Assembly (NCBI RefSeq): GCF_004010195.1 | Contig: NC_057726.1 | Span: 53,116,036 to 53,179,521, forward strand | Length of the DNA stretch: 63,486 nt | Direction: 5' to 3' | Source: Chiloscyllium plagiosum | Lineage: Eukaryota | Shown: piece by piece, positions 23,180 through 35,200 of the stretch | Layout: every line of letters starts with the position of its first letter | Numbering within the stretch: the first letter of the stretch is position 1 | The notes under the pieces: model-generated | Databases searched by the model: none | The model's input: the letters and a program-made list of their open reading frames with translations, nothing else | Told to the model about the DNA's origin: nothing | Program-made: the position numbers and the translations under genes

Positions 23180-25290
23180 GGTTCCCCATGGGAGACTGGT
23201 TAGCAAGATTTAGATCTCACAGGGAGAACTAGCCATTTGGATACAGAACTAGCTCAAAAGTAGAAGACAGAGGGTGGTGGTGGAGAGCTGTTTTTCACAC
23301 TGGAGGCCTGTGACCAGTGGAGTGCCATAAGGATTGGTGCTGGGTCCTCTACTTTTTGTCATTTATATAAATGATTTGGATGTGAGCATAAGAGGTATAG
23401 TTAGTAAGTTTGCAGATGACACCAAATTTGGAGGTGTAATGGACAGCGAAGACGGTTACCTCAGATTACAACAGAATCTTGATCAGATGGGCCAATGGGC
23501 CAAGAAGTGGCAGATGGAGTTTAATTCAGATAAATGCGAGGTGCTGCATTTTGGGAAAGCAAATCTTAGCAGGACTTATACACTTAATGGTAAGGTCCTA
23601 GTGAGTAATGCTGAACAAAGACACTTGAAGTACAGGTTCATAGCTTCTTGAAAGTGAAGTCGCAGGTAGCTAGGATAGTGAAGAAGGCGTTTGGTATGCT
23701 TTCTTTTATCAGTCAGAGTATTGAGTACAGGGGTTGGGAGGTCATGTTGCAGCTGTACAGGACATTGGTTGGGCCACTGTTGGAATGTTGCGTGCAATTC
23801 TGATCTCCTTTCTGTCAGAAAGATGTTGTGAAACTTGAAAGGGTTCAGAAAAGATTTACAAGGATTTCGCCAGGTGGACGATTTGAGCTATAGGGAGAGG
23901 CTGAGCAGGCTGGGGCTGTTTTCCCTGGAGCATCGGAGTCTGGGGGCCGACCTTATAGAGGTTTACAGAATTATGAGGGGCATGGATAGGATAAATAGAC
24001 AAAGTCTTTTCCCTGGGATTGGGGAGTCCAGAATTAGAGGGCATAGGTTTAGGGTGAGAGGGGAAAGATATAAAAGAGACCCATGGGGAAACTTTTTCAC
24101 ACAGAGGGTAGTACATGTATGGAATGAGCTGCCAGAGGAAGTGGTGGAGGCTGGTACAATTGCAACAGTTAAAAGGCATTTGAATGGATATATGAATAGG
24201 AAGGATTTGGAGGGATCGGGGCAGGGTGCTGGCAGGTGGGACTAGATTGTGTTGGGACATTTGGTCGGCATGGACAGGTTGAAGGGCTTTTGTCCGAAAT
24301 GTCGATTTTCCTGCTCCTCGGATGCTGCCTGCCTTCTGTGCTTTTCCAGCACCACTCTGATCTAAACAAAGGTTGGATTGAAGGGTCTGTTTCCATGCTG
24401 TGCATCTCTATGACTCTATGACAAGCGGATGGTGAGACTAACTATCAGAGACTAAATCTGATCACAATCTGTGTGTTGGAGACAATGGTCCTACACATAT
24501 ATACAGACAGACAGAGACAAATAAGAGAAACTTTGGTCTTATGGGTGGAGGGAAACATATTGTTAACACAGTTCAATAGCACCAGTTTGCACAGTTTGAT
24601 GCTGCACAGGACATTTGTTAGACCACTATTGGAATACTGTATGCAATTCTGGCCTCCCTGTTATAGAAAGGATGTTACTTGAAATATGGGAGGAAACTGG
24701 AGCACCCAGAGGAAACCCATGCAGACACAAGGAGAACGTGCAAACTCCACACAGACAGTCGCCCGAGGTTGGAATCAAACCCAGGTTCCTGGTGCTGTGG
24801 TGCTGAAAGTGTTCAGAAAATATTTACAAGGATGTTGCCAGTGTTGGAGGGGTGGATTTATAGGGAGAGGCTGAATAAGCTGGGGCTGTTTTCCCTGGAG
24901 TATCAGAGGCTCAGGGGTGACTTCATAGAGGTTTATAAAATCATGAGGGGCATGGTTAGGGTAAATAGACAAGGCCTTTGCACTGGGTTGAGGGAATCCA
25001 AAGCTAGAGGGCATAAGTTTAAGGTGAGAAGGGAAAGATTTAAAGGGACCTAAGAGGTAACTTTTTCATGCAGAGCATGGTGCATGTATGGAATGAGCTG
25101 CCAGAGGAAGTGGTGGATGCTGGTATAATTACAACATTTAAAAGGCATCTGGATGGGTATATGCATAGGAAGGGTTTAGAGGGATATGGGCCAAATGATG
25201 GCAAAAGGGACTAGATTAGGTTAGGATATCTGATCAGCATGGACAAGTTGGACTAAAAGGGTCTGTTTCTGTGCTATATATCTCCATGGC
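23180..25290 (+). mobile_element. Two adjacent 5'-truncated CR1 LINEs (23180-24420; 24590-25290)
   Basis: VLGPLLFVIYINDLD...SKFADDTK RT motifs and two CR1 3'UTRs. A PLE piece sits at about 24280-24363 and a V-SINE piece at about 24680-24805. Confidence 0.9.
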
Positions 25291-25404
25291 AAAATGAATC
25301 TAAATTCCTTTTGCTTCCCAAGGTTTCTGTTCTTCAAATCCCTTTCTCCAGATGCTTTCATTTCTTTACTAGAGGCACAAGGTGATTGGAAATGTTCTGT
25401 CAAT

Positions 25405-25750
25405 CAGCACGGTGGCTCAGTGGTTAGCACTGTTGCCTCACAGCACCAGGAACCTGGGTTTGATTCCAACCTTGGGCGACTGTCTGTGTGGAGTTTGCAC
25501 GTTCTCCCTGTGTCTGCATGAGTTTCCTCCAGGTGCTCCGGTTTCCTCCCATAATCCAAAGATGTGCAGGTTGGGTGAACTGGCCATGCTAAATTGCCCA
25601 TAGTGTTAGATGCATTAGTCAGGGATAAATATAGGGGAATGAGTCTGGGTGGGTTACTCTTCGGAGGGTCGGTGTGGACTTATTGGGTCGAAGGGCCTGT
25701 TTCCATACTGTAGGGAATCTAATCTAATTTAATCCAATCTAATCTAATCA
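25405..25750 (+). mobile_element. HE1-type V-SINE, full length
   Basis: tRNA head (TGGCTCAGTGG...GGTTTGATTCC), V-domain core, CR1-like 3' end and (TAATC)n tail. Confidence 0.9.
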
Positions 25751-26182
25751 CGTGTTCAGACCTTGGAGGCCTGCCCAGCCAGAAAGAAACTTAGCAGAAC
25801 ACCAGCATTTGATGTACTAATTACAGTCTTACAACAACCAATGGGAGAAATGCTACATTTCATGCAAATATCTTATTTCACAATATAAAAGATAAAAAAA
25901 GAGCAAATAAAGCCAGTGAGCTGAGGGCACAGATAGCCACAATGGCACAATGATATTATTGCTATAAGAGAAACTTGATTTAAAGAATCATAAAGATGAC
26001 AGATCCATGACCCTGAAAATAAAGCTGTCGAGCAGAATGAGGAAGGGCACATGTTGGCAAATTTCTGAGTGCAAACTCAATAGGGCAGTAATAGTTTGTG
26101 ACTTCAATGATGCAGATATCAACTGATGTGTGAAACTGTGTGAAAGGCACAAAGGGCACAAATTCTTGAACTGCATTCAAGA

Positions 26183-26215
26183 ACATTTTCGGTCCTGTGA
26201 CCCCTCCTCAGAACT
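26183..26215 (-). ncRNA. Hammerhead ribozyme core (PLE family D)
   Basis: AGUU-CUGAGGA-GG-GGUC-ACAG-GACC-GAAA. Sister copies at about 27475 (+), 36545 (+), 29800-29830 (-) and 56617-56655 (-) end in GAAA-NN-UU-AAC(U), restoring stem I AGUU/AACU. Confidence 0.55.
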
Positions 26216-27570
26216 GATGGTAGCTAGGAAAAGGTTTTTTTTGTGTAGAAGATAGGGTGAGGGGGAGTGGTTAAGGAATAAAAGATAAGTGGGTATAGAG
26301 CTTAAAGAGAGAGAAGAACAGTTAGACAGACAAAGGAGTGGATAACGATCTGGGTAGGAGGGTGAATAGCTGTTAATAGAGACTCTTAGTGGCTAACAAT
26401 GGCTTTTATGCAATAGCAAACCAAGGTGGGGGCATAGGACATAGGAGAGTGTTTCTGTTTCTGGGGATGGAACTGGCCACTACTATCTACTATAAACCCA
26501 TCGACTCCCACAGTCGCCTGAACTATAGATCTTTGCAGCCTGCTTCCTGTAAAGACTCTATTCCATTCTCCCAGTTTCTCTGTCTCCACCACATATGTTC
26601 CAATTATGCCAACTTCGACAAGGGAGCCTGCGAAATGTTCACCTTGTTCCTGAACCAAAGATTCCCCAGCACCATTGTTGACAGGGCTCTCATCATGGTC
26701 CAATGAGATGCCACCACCAGACTCATATTCCCCTCCCCATCTTGTCCGCCTTCCAAGGGACCATTCCCTCTGGGACACCCTGGTCCATTCCTCCTTCACT
26801 CCCAACACGGCCGCACCCCCCCCCCCCCCCCCCCCCCCACTCTCTCCACACACAGCCCCACAGCACCTTCTCCTGCAACCATCTTAGGTGTAATACCTGC
26901 CCATTAACCTCCTCCCTTCTCCCTCTTCTGTAACCAAGGGCCCAAACATACCTTGCAGGTGAAGCAGCATGTCATACAGTTGAGTCTACTGCATTTGCTG
27001 CTCACAGTATGGTCTCCTTGACATTGGGGAAATGAAGTGTAGACTGGGTGAGCGCTTTGCAGAACATCTACATTCTGTCTGCAAAAATGACGCTAAGCTT
27101 CTAGTTGACTACCATCCTGTTCCCTGGCCAACATCTCTATCTCAGGCTTGCTGCAGTGTTCCAGTGAAGCTTAGTGTAAGCTGGAAGAACAACACCTCAC
27201 TTTCCACTTGGAGACTGTAGCCTTCTGGACTCAATGTCGAGTTCAATAACTTTAGGGTTTGCGCTCTCCTATATCCTAGCCTCCACCCCCGCATATCAAA
27301 CCTAGTGATCACATAGTCCACGATTACACACAACCCATTGTTAGCCTCTAACAGTCTCCATTAACAGCTATTCACCCTCCTGGGCTGGTTGTTATGCACT
27401 CCTTGTCTGTCTAACAGTTCTTCTCATTCTTTGGGCTTTAGCCCCACCGACCGTTTACTCCTTAACCCCTCCCCCTGAGGAACGGTCACCAGACTGGAAA
27501 AGTTAACTCTGATTTCTCTTCACAGATGCTACCAGACCCTGCTGAGTTTTTCCAGCAATTTCTGTTTTTG
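26187..27570 (+). mobile_element. Penelope-like element (family D), truncated, with inverted 5' terminal repeat
   Basis: RT thumb YYKPIDSHSRLNY...CKDSIPFSQFL and GIY-YIG remnant RLGERFAEH on +. Segment 26187-26400 is an inverted copy of the 3' repeat at about 27330-27510. Confidence 0.8.
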
Positions 27571-28860
27571 TTGGCATAATTGGGAACTTTGCACATGACA
27601 TAAAAATTGGCCATGTAGCTTGTAGTGAAATAACAGCCGTTGATTGCAGGATGAAATCAATGGTTTGGTTGAGTAGACTGAAAAGTGGCAATGAAATAAA
27701 ATCCAGAGAGGTCTGAGGTTATATCTTGGGGATGGCACACAGAACAAGGAAATACACAATAAATGGAGGGTATTGAGAGGGATGTAGGAAGTGGGAGACC
27801 TTGGAGTGTTTGACTACAACAGTAAAAATGTAATGCTGGAACAATGTAAAACACTGGCTAGGCCACAGAACTGTGTACAGTTTTGGTGGTGTTACAGGAA
27901 GGGCATACTATAGGAAAGATACCGAGGCTTTGGAAGGGTGCAAAGAAGGTTTACCAGGATGCTGCCTGGACTGGGGGGCTTGCCTAATGCAGAAAGGCTG
28001 AATAAGCTTGGACTTTTCTCTCTGGAAAGAAGGAGGAAGAGAGGAGACCTGATCGAATTATACAAGGTAATGAGAGGAATAGATAGAGTCAATAGCCAGC
28101 GACTTTTCCCCAGGACAGGATTGACTGGTACAAGGGGTCGTGGTTTTAAGATATTGGGAGAAAGGTATAGAGGAGACATCAGAGGTATGTTCTTTACGCA
28201 GAGAGTTGTGAATGCATGGAATGAATGCGGTAGTGGTGGAAGCAGAGTCATTAGGGACATTTATGCAACTGCTAGACATGCACATGGATAGCAGTGAGTT
28301 GAGGGGTGCGTAGATTAAGTTATTATATTTTACATTAGGATTAAACCTCGGCACAACATCGTGGGCCTAAAGGCCTGTTCTGTGCTGTACGTTTCTATGT
28401 TCTATGACAGAATTGCTCTTGAGAGAGTGCAGAAGAGATTTGCAAGAATGTTATCAGGTCTTGAAAACTGCAGCAGTGACGAAAGATTGGATACACTAGG
28501 GTTATTTTTCCTTCAAACAGAGGGTGTAAGGAGTGACTTAATTGAGGTGTACAAAATGATGAGACACAGTGGACAGGGATGACTTGTTTCTCCTAGTGGA
28601 AAAGTCATAGATTTAAAAGAGATTTCTGGAAAGATTAGAGGTGACATGAAGAAAATCTTTTCCACCCAGAGGGTGTGAGTCTGGTATTTGCCTCAGAAAC
28701 TCTCAACTCATTTAAAAAGAGCCTGAATCCATACCTGAAGTGCTGGAACCTGCAAGGTTACAGTCGAAGTGCTGGAGAGTAGGATTAGAATGAGCGGCTA
28801 GTTTATTCAATCAGCACAGAAAGGATAGGCTGAATGGACTCTTCCTGTACTGCATCTTTT
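27570..28860 (+). mobile_element. Nested CR1 3' fragments
   Basis: QRRFTRMLPGL...[16 protein letters not shown] (ORF 27938-28291) lies inside an older CR1. Confidence 0.8.
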
Positions 28861-29238
28861 CCACAGTTCTGCATTAGACAACAAACTTCATTGACTTAGC
28901 ACCTCACAAACTCATGATCGCTATCACCGAGAAATACTATGCAGCATGGATGCACCAGCAGCTACAAGTTCCTCTCCAAGTTACACACAATTCTGACTTG
29001 GAACTGCATTGCAGTATCATTGCTAAAGTAAAATCCTAGCACTCCCACCCTAACAAATTGTGAAAGCACCTTCACACACAAACTGCAATGCTTCATCACT
29101 ACAAGGACAACTGCAATAGGTTAAAGGCCTCCTTATCAGCAGCACCAATAGCCAAAACTTAATAATTTAGACATTCCCCACACACTTCAGAATCATTTAA
29201 GAAATAGACAAGGTCAGTTTGCATTTTGAATGAATCCA

Positions 29239-29244
29239 TTTATT
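29239..29244 (-). terminator. Polyadenylation signal, chymotrypsinogen copy 3
   Basis: AATAAA about 32 nt after the stop codon. Confidence 0.7.
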
Positions 29245-29275
29245 TTATCTTTCACCATATGTTTCTGTTACACAA

Positions 29276-32200
29276 TCAGTTAGTGGCAATGGTCTCATCA
29301 ATCCATCCTCTGAGTTCAGTTACACGGGCGTAGACCCCAGGTATGGAGGTGGAGCAGGAGCTACTGCCCCAAGAAACAATACCAACCAGATTCCAGGCAT
29401 TATCCTTCTGACAGACAAGAGGCCCACCAGAGTCACCCTGTAAATGAGATGAAGTTAGCGCTTTTAGTTTTAGTTTTATTTTATAATTGAAGCAAGCTTA
29501 AAATACCTTGCAGGAGGTACATACCATGCAAGACGATGCACCTGAGGCACCAGCACAAATCATGATGTCTGTGATCTTGTTACCCCAGTACTGTTTACAC
29601 TGAGCATTGGTAAGGAGAGGGAGCATTGCTTGCTGTAGTGTATCTGGGCGCTCAGGAGCTGCAAGTAAATAAGGTGATATATGATTCAATCGTTTGTTAT
29701 AATTTGTCTATGCTTTAATCCTTTAATGGTTACAATGGTTGTAAGAAGTACAAAGCACGGAGAATGGTGGAGAAATCTGTGGAGGGAGAAGGAGCGTCAA
29801 CATTTCGAGTTAGCATGGCTTCTTCAGAACTGATAAAAGTTGGGGTGTAAAGCATATTTGTTTTCAGACGATTGAGGCTGAATAGAATGATTTGCAATTT
29901 GTTCCTGGGTTCTCCTAGCAACAGGGTTTGCTTATCTCCATATTTGGCTTCCTGAGCATAACTTACTCATTATAACAAATCACGTTGCAGCTGTACAGGA
30001 CATTGGTTAGGCCACTTTTGGAATATTGCAGGCAATTCTGGTCTCTTTCCTAACGGAAAGATGTTGTGAAACTTGAAAAGGTTCAGAAAAGATTTATAAC
30101 AGTGTTGCCAGGGTTGGAGGATTTGAGCTATAGGGAGAGGTTGAATAGGCTAGGGCTGTTTTCCCTGGAGCGTTGGAGGCTGAGGGGTTTATAAAATTAT
30201 GAGGGGCATGGATAGGATAAATGGACAAAGTCTTTTCCCTGGGGTGGGGAAGTCCAGAACTAGAGGGCATAACTTTAGGGTGAGAAGGGAAAGATGGGCG
30301 GCACGGTGGCACAGTGGTTAGCACTGCTGCCTCGCAACGCCAGAGACCCGGGTTCAATTCCCGACTCAGGCGACTGACTGTGTGGAGTTTGCACGTTCTC
30401 CCCGTGTCTGCGTGGGTTTCCTCCGGGGGCACCGGTTTCCTCCCACAGTCCAAAGATGTGCAAGTCAGGTGAATTGGCCATGCTAAATTGCCCGTAGTGT
30501 TAGGTAAAGGGGTAAATGTAGCGGTATGGGTGGGTTACACTTTGGCGGGTCGGTGTGGACTTGTTGGGCCGAAGGGCCTGTTTCCACACTGTAAGTAATC
30601 TAATCTAATCTAATTATATAAAAAAGACCTAAGGGGTAGGGAGTGGTATATGTACGGAATGAGCTGACAAAGGAAGTGATGGAAGTTAGTACAATTGCAA
30701 CATTTAAAATGCATCTGGATGGGTATATGAATAGGAAGGGTTTGGAGGGATATGGGCCAGGTACTGGCAATTGGGACTAGATTAGATTGGGATATCTGGT
30801 TGGCATGGATGAGTTGGACTGAAGGGTCTGCTGTACATCTCTATGACTCTATTAGACCAATTTGAATAACAATTTCCTGTGATACCACAATATTATTGTA
30901 ATACTAGAGGGAGATAATGATATGGTAGTAGTGACCCCGAACTAATAATATATTGGCCCAGACTAGTGCACTGAGAATATGAGGCGAAAATGAGGACTGC
31001 AGATGCTGGAGATCAAAGTCAAGATTAGAGTGGTGCTGGAAAAGCACAGCAGGTCAGGCAGCATCTGAGGAGCAGGAAAATCGATGTTTCGGGCAAAAGC
31101 CCTTCATCAGGAATTCCTGAAGAAGGACTTTTGCCTGAAATGTCGATCTTCCTGCTACTTGGCATATGAGTTTAATTCCCACCGCAGTAGCTAGTGGAAT
31201 TAAATTTCACTAATTTTGACTATGAAGCTACCATTGATTGTTATAAAAATCTATTTTGTTAATTAACCTTCTTCTGGGAACTCTTTTGTTTTACATTACA
31301 GTACAGTACAGGCTCTTTGGCCCCTTAATGTTGGGCCGACCTGTGAAACCAATCTGAAGCCCATCTAACCTACACTATTCTGGATCAGTGGTGCTGGAAG
31401 AGCACAGCAATTCAGGCAGCATCCGACGAGCAGCAAAATCGACGTTTCGGGCAAAAGCACTTCATCAGGAATAAAGGCAGAGAGCCTGAAGCGTGGAGAG
31501 ATAAGCTAGAGGAGGGTGGGGGTGGGGAGAAAGTAGCATAGAGTACAATAGGTGAATGGGGGAGGAGATGAAGGTGATAGGTCAGGGAGGAGAGGGTGGA
31601 GTGGATAGGTGGAAAAGGAGCTAGGCAGGTCGGACAAGTCCGGACAGGTCAAGGGGACAGTGTGGAGCTGGAAGTTTGAAACTAGGATGATGTGGGGGAA
31701 GGGGAAATGAGGAAGCTGTTGAAGTCCACATTGATGCCCTGGGGTTGAAGTGTTCCGAGGCAGAAGATGAGGCATTCTTCCTCCAGGTGTCTGGTGGTGA
31801 GGGAGCGGCGGTGAAGGAGGCCCAGGACCTCCATGTCCTCGGCAGAGTGGGAGGGGGAGTTGAAATGTTGGGCCACGGGGCGGTGTGGTTGATTGGTGCG
31901 CGTGTTTCGGAGATGTTCCCTAAAGCACTCTGCTAGGAGGCGCCCAGTCTCCCCAATGTAGAGGAGACCGCATCGGGAGCAACGGATACAATAAATGATA
32001 TTAGTGGATGTGCAGGTAAAACTTTGATGGATGCGGAAGGCTGCAGGTAAAACTTTGATGGATGTGGAAGGCTGCAGGTAAAACTTTGATGAGCAGAGCG
32101 CTTTAGGGGTATCCGTTGCTCCCGATGCGGTCTCCTCTACAGGGTTGGAGGAACAACCTCTCCAACAACCAGTAGGAACTAAGCCCTCACCTGTCAATAC

Positions 32201-35200
32201 CTTGTTTATTTCTGCAAATCCTGTTTGGAAAATTCAATATGAGCAAATTAAAAGAGACATTTAGTTATTGTAATCATTGGCTTTCTGGTTAATAAATCAC
32301 ACTAATGAGTTAGAAGATCCAAGGTTCAAATCCTACTCCAGCAAGTGGAGGCCACTTGTGTCTGGTGAGTGTGGGCTGTCCATTCACATGAGTCTGAATT
32401 GTGAGAGCCCATGAATCTTTCCATTGTTTAGGAATGACCATCCTATCAGCTGCTCCAGCAATGATTCCAGACAGATCTGTCAGACTGTCAGACAGCCTAT
32501 CAATCACTGTCTTATTTAAGCCATTTGAAAGGAATCAGAGTGAAGGTACAAAACCGATAACGAATACAGAGGAAGACTCAACTGTATTGTGTGAGAGCAC
32601 TTGCTAAAGTTTGGATGTGACGTACGGTATGCCTGGGTCCTTCCCCATCCGGTTGTGACACACTTCATGCCAGCTGGGAAGTTATCTGCTGCAGCGGCGA
32701 GACAGACTGGGGATACCTGTCGATTGAACTGAGCAGGGGATGCAAGCTTCACCACAGCAACGTCATAGTTAATGTTAAAGGAATTCCACTTGGGATGAGT
32801 AACGACCTGCGAGGGAAGGAGCAGGATTAGTGCTGGCCTCATTACTCTTGTATGACTGTACAGGTATGCAATTAATTCAGCTGCAGATTTCAGAGGAGAA
32901 GTTGTTTCCCGAACAAAAGCTCATGTGCACATTCCTATGGAAGGTGCAATGTTCATTGATAATGCTAGTTAAAATACAAACACTGGACAAAAGCGAGTGG
33001 GCAGCAAGTTAACAGAAAGCAACCTTTGGGTCCGAATCCTATCAGATGGAATGGATTGGTTGGAGCAACAGTTAGAGCCAATGAGGAATTTACAAGAGCT
33101 AGAGGGTGTGGTGGATGGCAGTTATAGGAAGGGAGAAAAGCCACAGATACAGATACGTAGATGGATTACCTTCAGGAAATGTAAGAGAGGTAGGCAAGTA
33201 GTGCATGAGTTTTCTGTAACTATCCACATTTCAAACAAGTATGCTGTTTTGGAAAATGTAGGGGGTGATGGATTCTCAGGGAAATATAGCACAGACAGCC
33301 AAGTTTCTGGTACTGAGACTGGCTCTAATGTAATGAGATGTATTTCGGGTTCCAAGCAATCGATTGTGTTCGGGGACTCTCTAGTCAGGGGCACAGACAG
33401 ACATTTCTGCAACCAGCAGCGAAAACTCAGAATGGTGTGTTGCCTTCCTGGTGTCAGGATCAAGGATGTCTCAGAGAGGGTGCAGAATGTTCTTAAAAGG
33501 GAGAGAGACCAGCAGGAAGCCATTGTACATTGGAACCAACGACACAGGAAGGGAACAGAATGAGATTCTGAAGGGAGAATATAGAAAGTTAGGCAGAAAT
33601 TTAAAAAGTAGGTCCTCAAGATTAGTAATATCTGGATTACTCCCACTGCTATGAGCTAGTGAGAGTAGGAATAGGAGGATAGAGCAGATGAATGTGAGGC
33701 TGAGGAGCTGGTGTATGGGAGAAGGATTCACATTTTTGGATCATTGCAATCTCTTCAGGGGTAGAAGTGACCTGAACACGTAGGATGGATTGCACCTGAA
33801 TTGGAAGAGGACTAATACAGTGGCAGGAAGATTTGCTAGAGCTTCTTGGGAGGAATTAAACAATAAGGTGGCGGGGGGGGGGTGGGTGAGACCCAGGGAG
33901 ATAGTGAGGAAAGAAATCTATCTGAGACTGGTACAGTTGAGAAAAGAAGTGAATCAAACAGTCAGGGCAGGCAGGGACAAAGCAGAGAACAAGGTAGGAC
34001 TGATAAATTAAACTGCATTTATTTCAATGCCAGAGGCCTAACAGGGATGGTAGATGAACTCAGGGATGGTTAGGAACATGGGACTGGGATATCATAGCAA
34101 TTACAGAAACGTGGCTCAGGAATGGACAGGACTGGCAGCTTAATGTTCCAGGATACAAATGCTACAGGAAGGAAAGAAAGGGAGGCAAATGAGGAGGGGG
34201 AGTGGTGTTTTTGATAAAATTATTTAGGTGGAACTGAGAAATAAGAAAGGGATGATCACCTTATTGGGATTGTATTATAGACCCCCTAATAGTCAGCAGG
34301 AAATTGAGAAACAAATTTGTAAGAATATTTCAATTATCTATAAGAATAATAGGGTGGTTATGGTAGGGGGCTTTTAACTTTCCAAACATAGAGTGGGACT
34401 GTCATTGCATTAAGGGTTTAGATTTGTTAAGTGTGTACAAGAACATTTTCTGGTTCAGATGTAGATGTTCCGACTAGAGAAAGTGCAAAACTTGACCTAC
34501 TCTTGGGAAATAAGGCAGTGTAGGTGACTGAAGTATCAGTGGGAGAGCACTTTGGGCCAGCCACCATAATTCTCTTAGTTTTAAAGTAGTGATGGAAAAG
34601 GATAGACTGGATGAAAAGTTGAAGTTCTAACTTGGAGAAAGGCCAATTTTGATGGTATTAGGCAAGAACTGACATCAGACTCACTGGTCTGTAGTTCCCT
34701 GACTTGTTCTTACCATCTTTCTTAAATAGTGGTACCATGTTAGCCAACCTCCAGTCTTCCGGCACCTCACCTGTTACTATCGATGATACAAATATCTCAG
34801 CAAGGAGCCCAGCAATCACTTCCCTAACTTCTCACAGAGTTCTAGGATACAGCTAATCAGGTCCTGGGGATTTATCCACTTTTATGCATTTCAAGACATC
34901 CAGTTATTTCTCCCCTGTAATATGGACATTTTTCAAGATGTCACCATCTATTTCCCTACATTCTATATCTTCCATGTCCTCTTCCACAGTAAACACTGAT
35001 GCAAAATACTCGTTTAATATCTCCCCCATCTCCTGCAGCTCCACACAACGGCCACCTTGCTGATCTTTGAGGTGCCCTATTCTCTCCCTAGTTACCCTTT
35101 TATCCTTAATATATTTGTAAAAGCCCTTTGGATTCGCCTTAACCCTATTTGTCGTAGCTATCTCATGTCCCATTTTTGCCCTCCTGATTTCCCTCTCTAT

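Noticed and set aside
26386-26853. 155-aa ORF with a poly-Gly tract
   Set aside because: It is antisense to the PLE RT/linker, and the glycines come from a poly-C homopolymer (about 26816-26838).
30296-30370. tRNA-like cloverleaf with A/B boxes (also 25405, 47460-47535, 49919)
   Set aside because: These are heads of V-SINEs continuing into the V-domain and CR1-like tail, not tRNA genes.
32997-33563. 188-aa ORF with a GDSL motif as a host esterase
   Set aside because: It is CR1 ORF1, frameshifted and contiguous with CR1 APE sequence. A paralogous piece sits at about 10815-11500.
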